From: Entomortierella parvispora E1425
Lineage: Eukaryota > Fungi > Mortierellomycota
Direction of reading: 5' to 3'
Length of the DNA stretch: 64,000 nt
Assembly: GCA_020891255.1 (NCBI GenBank)
Contig: BQFW01000014.1
Location: forward strand, 310,001 to 374,000
A model generated the notes under the pieces. That model saw only the letters and a program-made list of their open reading frames with translations. It was not told where the DNA came from and did no database searches. Below, piece after piece: positions 35,669 to 47,678 of the stretch (position 1 is the first letter of the stretch; each line of letters begins with the position of its first letter). The translations under genes and the position numbers were made by a program.

Positions 35669-38600
35669 ATGACATTCGAGTCCCTGCGCAGCAAGATCCG
35701 CGCTATCGCAGGACAGGGCACTTCTAATGCAGTTGAGCTCGACCAGCGGCCATCCGCATCTCTCAAGCGCACCGCCAGCAGCATGGACACTGTGGATTCG
35801 ACGGGCGGCGATCTGGATCCGCTCTACTCTTCCAGGAAACGGATGCGCATCCATCTCGACACACCACCTAGTCCGCCACCAGAACTGAATCCATTCAATG
35901 CATCGGCCGTGAACGCGCTTGAAAGCATGTTTGGACGCGTGATCGCCTTGGCTGCTTCTGCGAAAACTCCTCTTGCCTCGTCCTCCTCGTCGTCGTCCTA
36001 CCGAACCCCTCTTTCGAAACTGCTGGAGCAGCAGAGGCACCTGCAGCAATTGCGCGCACGAGAACGTCGGTCAAAGCTACAGCGTGATCAAGCCTCGGCC
36101 CAATCAAGAACCAAGGATCATGCTACCAATAGCACTGTCCCTCAGCGCGAGTTTACTTTTTCGTTGGGAAATGGCCATCCTCAATCCTCTCAGCAGACGC
36201 CAGCTATCAAATCCGCATGGTCCCAGCTCTTGGAGAAGCCAGCAGAGGAGAATGAAAGAGCAGGATATAAATTTATGCTTCCACCGACCACAGGAGCAGT
36301 TTATCAGCCGGAACCAGTCAAGGAGGCACCTCATCCTCAACATCGTACAGTTTTCAACTTTGGAGAACAAGCTGGAGCAATGAGGAATGGAGCTTCTGCC
36401 CTTACAGAGTCACACAAGGCACAAGCACCTCCCGCAGGTAAGAAAGCTGGATTTACAGTGTGTGTGTTTTTTTTTTTTTTTTTTTTTGTCTATTTAAGAT
36501 GCTAACTATATTACCATCATCTATCGTTTTCAGCAGAGCAACTCGACTCTGATGTGGTGGAATTGTTGTCTTCTGATGATGAGGATGCAGCCGAGGAGCA
36601 GGAGGAGTTTGGTTCTGAAGAGGAATATGGCTCTGAGGAAAATTACTCGTACGATGACGAAAATGTCGAAGACGAAAGCGAGGAGCTGGAAGAGATTGAA
36701 GGCGAGGAAGGCTACGATTATGAAGAGCAGGAGTCTGACATGCCTGTGCAACATTCACAACCTGTTCACCTCCGGGAAACAAAAACTCGGCCCGCTACCC
36801 ACAGTCAGGCGACAATTGATCTAGATGAAGAGGAGGACGAGGAGGAACGTCTTGAAGGCAACGATGCTTCCTTCCAGTCTGAGCAAGACGAGAATGAAGA
36901 AGAGGTAGAAGAAGAGGTAGAAGAAGAGGAGGAAGACGAACAGTTGGAGGACTCTGACGGGCAGGACCTTGAAGACGCCCTTCGTCGGGAACGAAATGCT
37001 CGGAACAGGATGATGCATGGTTTTCAAGGGTTCCCAAAGCCAGGTCATAGTCAACCTGACAATATCAGGGCGTCTCTCCAATCACGGACTCTTTTGCACG
37101 CGGATGAGGAGACATACTCTCGCGATATCGATCAGTACAGTGACGAAGACGTAGACGAAGAGGAGAACATTGACAGTGAAGATATTGGTTCCGCCGAGGA
37201 AGAAGAGCCCGAGCAGGAAGAAGGTAGACCTCAAGTCTCCTATCGTCCCCGCCCATCAATGTGGAACCACCAGCCGGCACAAAGAACATCACTTCCTTCA
37301 GCGGCTAGCGAACAGCCACCCGCAACCAAGTCATCAGGAGGATCCCCAAGTGAAAACGTAGTGCTTTTACTGGACAGTGATGATGAGGATGAAGGCGAAC
37401 AGGCCGAGGATGACGATCTTGTTGCTGGTTCAGACGAAGACCAAGAAGACATCGAGGAACAAGAATCGGAGGAAGAAGCACAGGACGAAGGAGAGCAATA
37501 TGACGAGGAGAATGAGCAAGGCGATTACCAGGAGATACCTGAATTCGAGGCTGATGAAATGCAAGAGATACATCCTCAAAGTCAGAGCACTTACAATCCC
37601 ATTGCAGGAGAAGATGCGGAACAAGTCGACCTCGTTCAGAGTGAATATTCTCAGCCAGATTTCGATTCCGAGCATGACGAAGCCACTCCATCGCAAGAGC
37701 TCGAACAAGACTCCCAGGGTCAACCCGAATTGTCACAGTCTCATTACCAGTTTGGAGATGGCGAGGGACACGATGAGGTGGTATCATCGGATGTGGTTGG
37801 GGCTGTTGACGATGAAGAGAATGATGAGGTCGTACCAGAAGATGTAGCCGAGGTAGTTGACTATGAGGAGAATGATGAGGTTGTACCACAAGATGTAGCC
37901 GAGACATTCGACGACCAACAGCCGGACATGGATGACCAGCATCATATTGAGCTGATGGAGCACAGTGATGAGCAAGCTAGAGCAGTTGATTTGGACCAGG
38001 AAGTTATGGCGGGCAGTCAACAAACCGGACATGTTGTGGATCTTGAAGGAGCGCCCTCTTCCGGCGCCCCTGTCACTCAGGATATTGCATTGAGCTACAA
38101 CCTCATAAGCTCTGTGGAGGACGAAGAGATGACTGGTCCTTCAGACGCATTCTTGGATCAGCTGCCACAGGCAGACACTACCTATTCTATCACCCACACT
38201 GAAGTGTTCACCCCAGATGCCACACAACTCTCACTCTCCATGGAGGCCAGCTACCCTCTCATGCTTGACGGCGACTTGACTGGGTCTACCCTTGGTGAAG
38301 GGGTGGTGTTTGACCAGGAGCTGGTGGACACAGCTGTTCGGGAGGTCATTGCTGCGAATAATATTGCCTCCCTCTTGGACAGTGCCGCCGAAAGTTCAAT
38401 GTTGACCGAAGAGGACGAGAGGGCACGATTTGGACAGCCAGTGTCTTTCATGGAGCGACTCCAAGCTGCGGCCGCTCAGGAGGACCAGACCGAGCTCACC
38501 CCAGAGCTCATGAATGCCATTTCTTCTGCACCCTCGCAATCACAAGCCACTTCTGATGCCGAGCTATCGCAGACCCTTCCCAGGAAATCGCGACTTACAA

Positions 38601-40165
38601 GAGTGGGCACCATGGCCCAAACCGTCTTAGAAGGCAAAGCGTTCCTTGACAAGACAGAAAGCCGACGACAGAGTCAGACCCCCACATCTGCTAATGACTC
38701 AGAATTGACTGCAGAGACAAGTTTAGACGTTCTTGCTGACAGAGCCATGTCAGCACCGGTGGTGTCGGCTCAACCTTTGTCCCCTACCGTCACGCGATCT
38801 CAGTCTGGTCACCGGGGCGAGATTGAACTTTTGGTGAAAGAGGCTAGGGCATTCTGTGGCGGATCTTTTGGAGGTGCACGAGCAGTATCGAGTCCTGGAG
38901 CTCTTCATGGATCACCAGCGGTGGGAGCGTTTGATGCACTGCCACCATTGGGCAGTAGCGGCATCTCTTCGCCCTTTTCTCAATTCGATGCTGGGCATGC
39001 TTCGCCTTCTCGGGGCATGGGCTATGTACGACGAAGGACCAGTCTAGGATCCTCGTCCGAAAAGACCAGCGGGGACGACGAGACAGCAGAGCTGAACCAG
39101 GGGTCCGTGTTTTCTACCTCGTCAATGGCGTCTCCCTTGGCTTCTCGTAAGGGAGGCGTTGTCGATCTGGCTGCCGAAAGGGTGATCCAGAGTACGGTAG
39201 TCGGCAACCATGCATTGCGACCTTTCATTAACCCGCCCTCACCTGCAGGAGCTACGGTGGGAAGTGGCTCCGGCGGTGCGTCTCGATCAGGCAGTCTAGA
39301 GCCCTATGCTGCGATCATGTCCCCTACAACCACCCATCAGCTCCAGAGCACGACAACCTCCACCAACCTGTTTAATTTTGGACAGCCGTCTTTTGGCTTT
39401 GGCGGCGCTGGACAGGGCGTGTTTGGAGGGATTCGGGATAACAGCAGTAGTCCTGGCTCCAGTTCACGAACCTCACCCCAGAGTGTCGGATTTGCGTTTG
39501 GGTCTACATTTTTGACGAGCAACTCGGGTGCAACCCCAGCATTGGACTCTACAATGCCTACTTCTGTTTTCACCTCGACAACGACGACAACGACAGCGAC
39601 AACGACTTTGCTGGAAACCCCTCCCCGAAAGATTGCCGAATCGGTCGATGGCGGAGCATCTAAGCAAAATGTACACGAATCGGAGGAAATTCGCGACCCG
39701 TTCTTGGAGGGACTTGAGTCAACGACTCCACTTCACACGGATACCATCAGTGCCGGCGAGGAAGCAGCTACACTGACAGAGGTTGGTGAAGCCAATGCCG
39801 AGGCTGTGTCGAAACAAGAGCCAGAGCACCAAGAGCCAGAGCAACAGGAGCCAGGGCAACAGGAGCCAGAACGGCCAGAAGGGCATGCTCTGAATCCTGA
39901 GGAGGCACCGGCATCCATAACCCTCGGTGATCATGAAGGCGAAGCCGAAAGGAATCATGGAGGACAGGAAGGTGATCATGAAGGAGACGGCGAGGATGGT
40001 GGTGATGAGGGAGAAGACTCTGATGCCGTCGCTGCCGTGGCTACCTCCAGTTCATCCGGACCTGTCAAAAAGTCAAAGAGAAAACGCTCTGCGTTCAAGA
40101 CTCCTAGCAATAATCGACAGAAACGGGCTGCATTGCGTCTCTCCAAGCAGGCTTCGAGATCATAG
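35669..40165 (+). CDS. Large acidic, disordered protein (~1466 aa) with sparse FG/FxFG-like motifs and basic NLS-like ends
   Basis: Exons 35669-36437 and 36534(or 36537)-40165; gtaaga donor, tandem cagcag acceptor, both choices in frame. E/D-rich middle, LFNFGQPSFGFGG, FAFG; KKSKRKR near the C-terminus. Confidence 0.7.
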
Positions 40166-40421
40166 CTGTAGTTTCCTCCACCAACCCATCCACCAACCCA
40201 TCCACCAAAATCCGATATTTACATAGGCCCTTCACACTGTAAAATAGAACCAATTTTTTCTTCTGCATTTGTTTTATTATGTGGATATATGGATGTTGTC
40301 AGGTGCAGAGTGCAGTTGTATAGAAGGGGCCGTCGAGGACAGCATCCTGGTTTCTAGAAAAAGAAGCGCGTGGCGATGACAACGACCAGCATTGCACCGG
40401 CAACATAGGCAGGCGGGAAAG

Positions 40422-42583
40422 CTAGTTTCGTATTTTTCTTGATACGAGGCGCGCTTGGGTTCGAGTCGACTTTGCCCTGTGGCTATGAATTCGGCAAAGT
40501 AGAAAAGACTGGGGGATGAATGTCTTTTTGGTCCTCAAATAGACCATTTGAACATTGTCGCGCGTGACTCGTAAAGCGAAGCAAAGAAAGAAAGAAAGAA
40601 AGAAAAAAAAAGGACTTACCAAGGCTGCAGTAAAAGATTGTTTGATGCGGTCAACAGTGTTCCTCAGTCCAAGGACGCCTTGTTCCGCAGAGTCTAGACC
40701 ACGGGCGAGTTCTTCAGATTCAAGCACCAGTGTGGCTGAAGGGGCCGCGGTGAGGTTTTGCTTGATGTGCCCAAGAGCACTTTCCACTTCCTGAATCGTT
40801 TTCGAAAGAACCTCGAGTCCAATCTCCATGGATACAGGGATCACGATGGATGGGTCAGAGTCGACAACAGACAAGGACACATTTCGGGCTGGATCCTGAG
40901 ACATATGTGTGATGGAAACGCGTCCGTTGTTATTGTGGGCGCAGTCATTGTTGGCGTTGCTGCTACAGATGGCACGATCCGTCACTACAATCGTCTCTGT
41001 AGTTGCGCTAGGGTCGACAATGGAGAGGGGTACATCATGGGCTGGAGCTTGAGTGCTGGATGTGGAGGCATTGCTGTTAATACCACGGTCCGTCACTGTC
41101 GTTGTCTCTGTTAATGAATCAAAGTCGACGACTGGCAACGTCACACTGTGGAATACAGCTTGACCGGTGGATATGACTGAAGCGGCTCTGCTATTATTGG
41201 TGCTGTTGTCGGTGAGGTTGCTGCTGACGGAACGGTCTGTATCTGCCGCGGTCTCTGTTGATGAGCTAGAGTCGACGACTGGTAAAGATGCACTGTGGGC
41301 TGAGGTTTGGGTGGATGCACAGACAGAGGATGGCCTGCGGTTACTGACACTGCCATTGCCATTGCTATTATTACTATTGTTGCTGCTGATGCCACGGTCC
41401 AGGATCGTCCTTGTCTCTGTGGACGAGCCAGAGTCAATGACTGGTAACGGTGCGCTGTGAACCGCAATTTGAGCCCTGGGTGTAGAGATAGAGGAGAGTC
41501 TACGGTTGCTGGTGCCTTCATCGTTGATGTTGCTATTGATACCACTGTCTGAAATCGTCGTCGTCGCTGAGGATGTTGACGATGGAGGTGTGGATTCTGT
41601 ACTCTGTTCTGTCATCATGATCGCACTTTGCTCTTGAGATGGTGCTTGTTGCACAGACTGTACCAACGGTTGTGGTTGGGGTCTCTCTGAATAAGGGGGT
41701 GGTACATCATCCACTTCATTGTCGTTGGCTGCTGTTCCCTCTTCTGAGGTTTGAGGGGTCATCAGTTGCCGAGCCAGGAGGAAGGTGACCCCAAGCTTTT
41801 GCTTAAGGATCTTGTCCCGCAGAGTTGAATCACTGTCTATCTTGGGCCACTGTGGGGGGGTGAAAAAAGATAATGTCATGGGATGAGAGACATGAACCAA
41901 GACCGGGCACGTTTGACAGCAAATGACAAGACCATTACCAAATCCTTTGCGTCCTCGCCTGCCCATTTACTAGAGATGGGCACTGTCAGGATCAAAAACT
42001 TGTCCCTGCACCCTTCGCCTGGCAGTGGCTCTTCCGACATGGCAAGTCTCTTGACTGCAAGATAGCAAAAAAAAATAAGAAAGGAATTAGAGCCTTGTCC
42101 CTGTGAACGTCCCTCCTGGGTGGTTTCATCTCGCAGCGCGGGAGATGTGGGTAGGTCCCACATAAACGATAAATGAAATAGAGAAAATAGAGAGCATTCA
42201 AAAAGCTCAATCGGTGCCCCGAGCGTCGGATGCGGGACAGAGGGAGAGCTTACTTACCACTGATCTCGACTCGTCCGCCGGCGGGGATTTGGCCCACGTT
42301 GGGCTTGACGCAGTACGAGTTGATGGTGGTGGTCTTGACCTTGAACGCAACGGGCGATCGGTTTGGGTTGACGATGACCAGGGGTTCTTCGACGATTCGG
42401 GTCAGCGGTCCTGGAAAATAAAAAATAAAAAGAGCGAATGGACGAATGTTGAATGGCAGTGCTCTGACGACATTGAAGTCGACGCAGTCAGACAGGGGAC
42501 GATGCATGCATGGACTCACTGCGAAAGCTAATGTAGCGGGCAGGAAAGAGGTCCACAGGCATGGTGTAAGAGTGGAGCGCCAT
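40422..42583 (-). CDS. MSP (major sperm protein)-domain / VAP-like protein with long Ser/Thr repeat region (~549 aa)
   Basis: Exons 42583-42520, 42410-42258, 42054-41939, 41849-40620, 40508-40422. MSP motifs NPNRSPVAFKVKTT, YCVKPNVGQI, DKFLILTV, KILKQKLGVTF. Last exon least certain. Confidence 0.78.
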
Positions 42584-43096
42584 GAGGTCAGAAAGAGGGT
42601 GGAGAGGGGACAGTGAGGAAGGGGAGAGCTGGAAAGGAAGGCAGGAGAGGAAAGAACGTCAAGAAGAGGAAGGGATGCACTCGTTCAAACCACACTTTTT
42701 CGTGTCTACTCCGCCAGGGGTGGCTGAGCACGAGCAAAGGGTCAAAAGCGCGTTCTAGAGTGCCTTTTTGGAGGCGGATGGACCACGGCCATGGCCAGGA
42801 CCAGGAGGAGAACAAGAGCGGACTGTCTTTGCATCATACAGTAACGGCATGGGGGACAACAATGACAACGCAATGTGGGGACACGCGCCCCTCTCTTTCC
42901 GTCCCGCTTGTTGTCTGCCTGGATTGCTTGCTTTACTTGGGCTGCGACCCATGCGCTGTTTTCTGCTTTCTCTTCCTCTCTCTTCCCTTTCTTTCCTTCC
43001 TCCCATTTCACAACCGCCTCTTGCTCCAATCTACCAGTCAAGCACAACCGACAATTCACAGCCCAGGGAACATTCCAAAAGAAGAGTTCGTCAGCT

Positions 43097-45196
43097 ATGC
43101 CGAGCATCACCCTCAGCAACCTCGAGGACAAGGCCGCAGTCAAACGGTTCCTGTCCTCACCCACGACCCGAATCATCACCGCCACTGTCGCAAGACTCTA
43201 CATCGCCTATCCTGACCCCCATAGCTGGACGTACGCTGGCATCTTAGGTGCCGTGGCCCTCATTCAGACCAGCAACACCTTTTACCTGCGCATCGTGGAT
43301 CTCCTTGTAAGAATCATATCGTATCGTCGGGTCGTCGGATATGCAAGGTGGATACCGTCATTTCATTCCAACTGACGTTTATATTCTCGACTCTTTTTTC
43401 TTTTTCAACAAACAAATAGTATGGCAAAGGCATCGTCTGGGAACAGGAGATTTACAATGGATTCGTCTATACACAGGACCGACCCTTCTTCCACTCCTTC
43501 CAGGCCGATGTAAGGATCACCGACGGTTATTTTTTATCTCTGCGAAAACGATGGCATGATATACACACGCTTGTCGTCCGTCGCCCTTCGCTTTTGCAGG
43601 CAGACTCTTTGCTGTCTTGTTCTAAAGACTCACTGCCCATGACCTCTGCTTCTCTTCTTTACGTCGTCTTTAGCACTACATGACTGGATTCTCTTTTGCA
43701 GATGACCACGAAGCCGAGGTTTTTTATAACAAGGTCAATGGACGAGACAAGCTGAGGCCATGTGAGTAACCCTTTTGAACCTGACCCTTTTTTTTTATGA
43801 GAGCACAAGGCACAGAGATCTTTTTTTTTATTTTTTTTATTTTATTTCCCGAGTGTCTCTCTGTCTTTGATCGCCCCTATTTTTTTTTTTTTGTATCCGG
43901 TGGATCATGGCCTGCTCACGCCTCCTTACGTCAAACGGCTCTTAGTCAGGCCTGTACCGTCATCAGGAGCGTTGGCAAAATCGGGTAAAGCAGCCGTTGC
44001 GGGGCAGGGGCGAAACAAGATCCCGCTGCACAAGGGCAAACTGGACAAGACCAGGATCGGGATGCCCTCTGATTTTCGACATGTGGGCCACATCGGCTGG
44101 GACCCCGATGTTGGATTCGATGTAAGGGGTTCTTTTAATTGTCGCACGCCTGTTCCTTCATTCTTTCACCCACTCATCCACAGATCGCTTTTGTTCACCT
44201 TTTCGTTACTAGGCGCAAAACATTGACCCGGCATGGCGGATACTGTTTGAGCAATTGGACACGTTTGGCGTGAGTCGACAACAGATCAACGAGAACGCGT
44301 CGTTCATCACCGAGTTTGTCAATGCCAGGGGCGGTCTTGCGGTCAATGAGGATAAAAAGATCCTGCCCGGCAGTGTTCAGAACGGTCTTTCTCGCAGCAA
44401 GAGCCAGGGCCACAAGGATCTCTCCAGGATCGACTCGCCTCCTCCTCTTCAAAGCCCTCATACGTCCTTCCTGCAACGACCCCAATCGCCTCCACCACCA
44501 CCGCCTCCTCAATCACCACAGCAACAACAGCGGAGACCACCTCCACCTCCACCACCCTTGGTTTCACCTGCACCCTACCATGGATACCTGCCACGACCAT
44601 TGGCACAAGTGATGGCAAGTCTATCTTTTGGAACGTCGTCGTTCTATGGATCAAATACGACCACGCCTCAATCACCCAACTCACCACCACCCCTTCCGCC
44701 CAACGCGGTAGAAGACAGTATCCCTGAAACAGAGGCTTCAGCGCTACCTACAGCAGCATCACCACCTCCGCCTCCGCCTCCACCTCCTCCACCACCACCA
44801 CCAACAGGCGTGACCCTCCAGGCGTCCAATCCAGTAGCGCGATCTAAATCACTCTCAAGCGCCATTACAGAATCCAAGAGTCTTTTATCCACCCGACCCG
44901 AGACCGTGGTGGCCACTCCGACTAGTCCCTCGATCAAGAGTCCAGTTGAAAACTCTTTGTTGGCTAGCATTCGGGAATCGGGAGGTTTGCAAGGTTTGCG
45001 CAAGACGGGTGGTCTTCGTTCCCCTCCTCCTCCACAGCCCAAGCAAAGACCCATCTCACCCAATGGAGAAAATGGAAATCAGGGCGATTTGGTCTCGGCG
45101 TTGGTGGCGGCTCTACATCGTCGACAGACCAAGGTCACGTATAGTGATGACGAAGGACAGAGCGACGATGATGATGGATGGGATGTGGATGACTGA
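43097..45196 (+). CDS. WASP: WASP-family actin nucleation promoting factor (WH1-CRIB-polyPro-WH2-C-A), ~515 aa
   Basis: Exons 43097-43306, 43420-43509, 43674-43761, 43946-44121, 44213-45196. WH1 ([34 protein letters not shown]), [18 protein letters not shown], poly-Pro, WH2 [17 protein letters not shown], acidic tail DDDDGWD. Confidence 0.92.
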
Positions 45197-45258
45197 AAAA
45201 AAAAAAGGGCAAGGACCCAAGAGTAACATTTAATAATAATAAAAGGAAACAAACAAAT

Positions 45259-47244
45259 CTACTTGTTCACCCAAAGCTTTCCCTTTCCAATGCCCTCAAA
45301 CCAAGACTTTGTCTGGACGACCATCTCTCGAGACCGCAAACAATCCTGGCGCCACTTTTCTAAACTCCTGCATTCAGTTGCGATCCACAGAGCCGCTTCC
45401 TTCTCTGGAAAGCCCCAGCAAGTTCTCGCGACCGAGTATCGCTTCAATCTTGGCAGCAGACTCAAGGAGGTCATGCCATGGTCAAGTGAGGGGATCAAGT
45501 TGGTCAAGACCAAGCTCAAATCCTCAATCCGTTGCAATCGTCCAAGTTGAGACCATACAGCGCGATGTGCATATTTGTCGGCTGAAGGAAGGATAAACCC
45601 GATTGAGAGGTACTCTAATGTTGCCTCACAGGCCCATGGCCGTGTCTTCAACTCTTGCTGTCCTTCTCCCAGCACGAGTCTGCTGTGCTCAGCGTCGTCA
45701 TTCTCCTCCTCTTGGTCCAGGACCATATCTTCAAAGCGAATCGCCCGATGGGTGGCCCTGAAATCCTTCAACTTTGAGCACCGCTCCAGTACCGCCTGCA
45801 AATGATGACTTTGGATCCTGGTCTGCGGACGGTCTCTCCATCGGTTAATCACAAACGGCAGCACCCTGTCGGCATCCCTCGAATCCGAAACATCAATCTC
45901 GACCAAATGCTGCAGACGATAACATTGTTCGAAATCCTCAGCGGTGAAGATCCCACGAGGACATTCCAACGTTGTCAAGAGGGGTAGGATCGGCTCCAAA
46001 GAATCTTCTCCGTTGTAGTCTACGAGATCAAGGTCATCGTGCAGATAATCGGGACTGATGACGGAAATTGGCTGAGCAGCAGTGACATCCACGGGCAACG
46101 CTGGTGGCTCTGGCGGTGTTGGGATCACCGTCGTTGCCCCCACTGATAGAACTTCCTGAGCCAAAGCTGTTGCTGGCAATGTCGAAGAAGCAGTCGCTGG
46201 GAGAACCAGACAGATCGGAAGCCAGTCTTCGACGACGAGGTGTGTGATCTTTGGACAATGCAGTCGCAGCGCTCTTGCAAAGATCACGGGGTCGTAAAAC
46301 GTGTGTGCGACCACATGGCGGAAATAGCGACTGGAATGAACCCCCAGCTCATCCAGGTCAGGCAGCTGCGACAGGAGGAGCACTGGATCGACTGAAGCAA
46401 ACAGCATTTGCGAGAAATGAAAACTCTTCAGCCTGTAGACCTTTCTTGGCATGTTCTGCCGAGTCGAGTTTCTGATCTTGGGGGAAAGGGCTCCATTTGA
46501 TGTCGCCGCAGATGGTTCTGTGGCTGCATTTGGTCCGGTGATAGTTGTCGAGGATGAAGCCGCATGATTGTCGACAGCCATGGCAGGTTCTGCCCGAGGT
46601 ACATACCGGCATCCCATCAAGTTCAGGTGCTCCAGGTTCGGCAAGATGTCCAGCAGAGTCCAAAGGTCAATCACTTCCTGGGCTGCCGTTTCGAATCCTG
46701 TCAGTAGGGCGGCCTCTGCTGCCATACCCAGCGGAGGTGGCTGATTAAAGAACGCTGGTGCCACATGAACCTCTGTGAACTGTAGTTCGAGTCGAGTCAA
46801 CGATGGGACCTTGCTCAGGAACTCATAGAACCGTGGCATCATGTCGTCTATAAGCTTTCCTTCAAACATCAGTGTCTTGACCGTGCTGAAGGTGAGGGCC
46901 GGTGTCAGGGTATCATCTTCGTCATCCTGTCCTCTTCGTAGTTGCCGCAGTTTACTTGGATCTGGGGTGAGAAGGGACTCGATTTCTCTAAAGTGGTCGT
47001 TGAATGGCGGCGAACAGTTCCAGGCAGCATGACGGATGTGATGCCGCCGTTTATAAAAGAGATCAAAAAGATCCTGTCGGGTCAGGACCATGTCTGGACT
47101 GAAGCTGTAGAGCCGGGCGATCGTGATTTCGAACCAGAACTTGGAGACAGTCAGGCATCGGTAGATCTGGTGAATGTTGAGATAACTAAAGACATGGTCC
47201 AGAGTCTCGGCGGGGATACGGTCGATGGCTGCGGTTGTTGCCAT
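45259..47244 (-). CDS. F-box/LRR protein, 661 aa, intronless
   Basis: N-terminal F-box IPAETLDHVFSYLNIHQIYRCLTVSKFWFEI; LRR-like repeats; C-terminal WACEATLEYLSIG...VWSQLGRLQRIEDLSL...SLDHGM. Confidence 0.82.
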   Translation of the reverse strand: MATTAAIDRIPAETLDHVFSYLNIHQIYRCLTVSKFWFEITIARLYSFSPDMVLTRQDLFDLFYKRRHHIRHAAWNCSPPFNDHFREIESLLTPDPSKLRQLRRGQDDEDDTLTPALTFSTVKTLMFEGKLIDDMMPRFYEFLSKVPSLTRLELQFTEVHVAPAFFNQPPPLGMAAEAALLTGFETAAQEVIDLWTLLDILPNLEHLNLMGCRYVPRAEPAMAVDNHAASSSTTITGPNAATEPSAATSNGALSPKIRNSTRQNMPRKVYRLKSFHFSQMLFASVDPVLLLSQLPDLDELGVHSSRYFRHVVAHTFYDPVIFARALRLHCPKITHLVVEDWLPICLVLPATASSTLPATALAQEVLSVGATTVIPTPPEPPALPVDVTAAQPISVISPDYLHDDLDLVDYNGEDSLEPILPLLTTLECPRGIFTAEDFEQCYRLQHLVEIDVSDSRDADRVLPFVINRWRDRPQTRIQSHHLQAVLERCSKLKDFRATHRAIRFEDMVLDQEEENDDAEHSRLVLGEGQQELKTRPWACEATLEYLSIGFILPSADKYAHRAVWSQLGRLQRIEDLSLVLTNLIPSLDHGMTSLSLLPRLKRYSVARTCWGFPEKEAALWIATECRSLEKWRQDCLRSREMVVQTKSWFEGIGKGKLWVNK

Positions 47245-47678
47245 CCTGTGGCGTGTGTATTTCGAGTTTCGAGATCGAAGAGGAGGGTGGTGACGGTTTG
47301 GGGGGAAGGTCCTTGCGGCTTGTTATAAAAGAAAGAGAGAAAAAGAGCGAAATGCATGGGGACACAAGGAATTATTTTTCTGAAAGACGGTGCGGCCAAT
47401 TTGTCCAATGAACCCCAGAAACGCAAGCAGACAACAGCCCACGTTCCACCACACCTGCACTCACGACATGTTTGTGCAGATCCCTCCCGCGCCTCCATAA
47501 CTATCTGCATTTGGATCTGCCCAACACACCACGCGGTGTCGCGTCATTATCGACAGAGTGCGCCAGAGCCATGACAACAGCCCAATCTCCCTTTGATTCG
47601 TCATTGCAAATGGTCCAGAACATCGATGCTGTTTTGTTGGATTCTTTTTTTAATTATCAACGTTCTAGTCAAGACTGA

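Noticed and set aside
42613-43247. Overlapping 150-200 aa ORFs between the MSP gene and WASP
   Set aside because: Region is the divergent promoter/leader of two well-supported genes; ORFs are low-complexity with no motifs.
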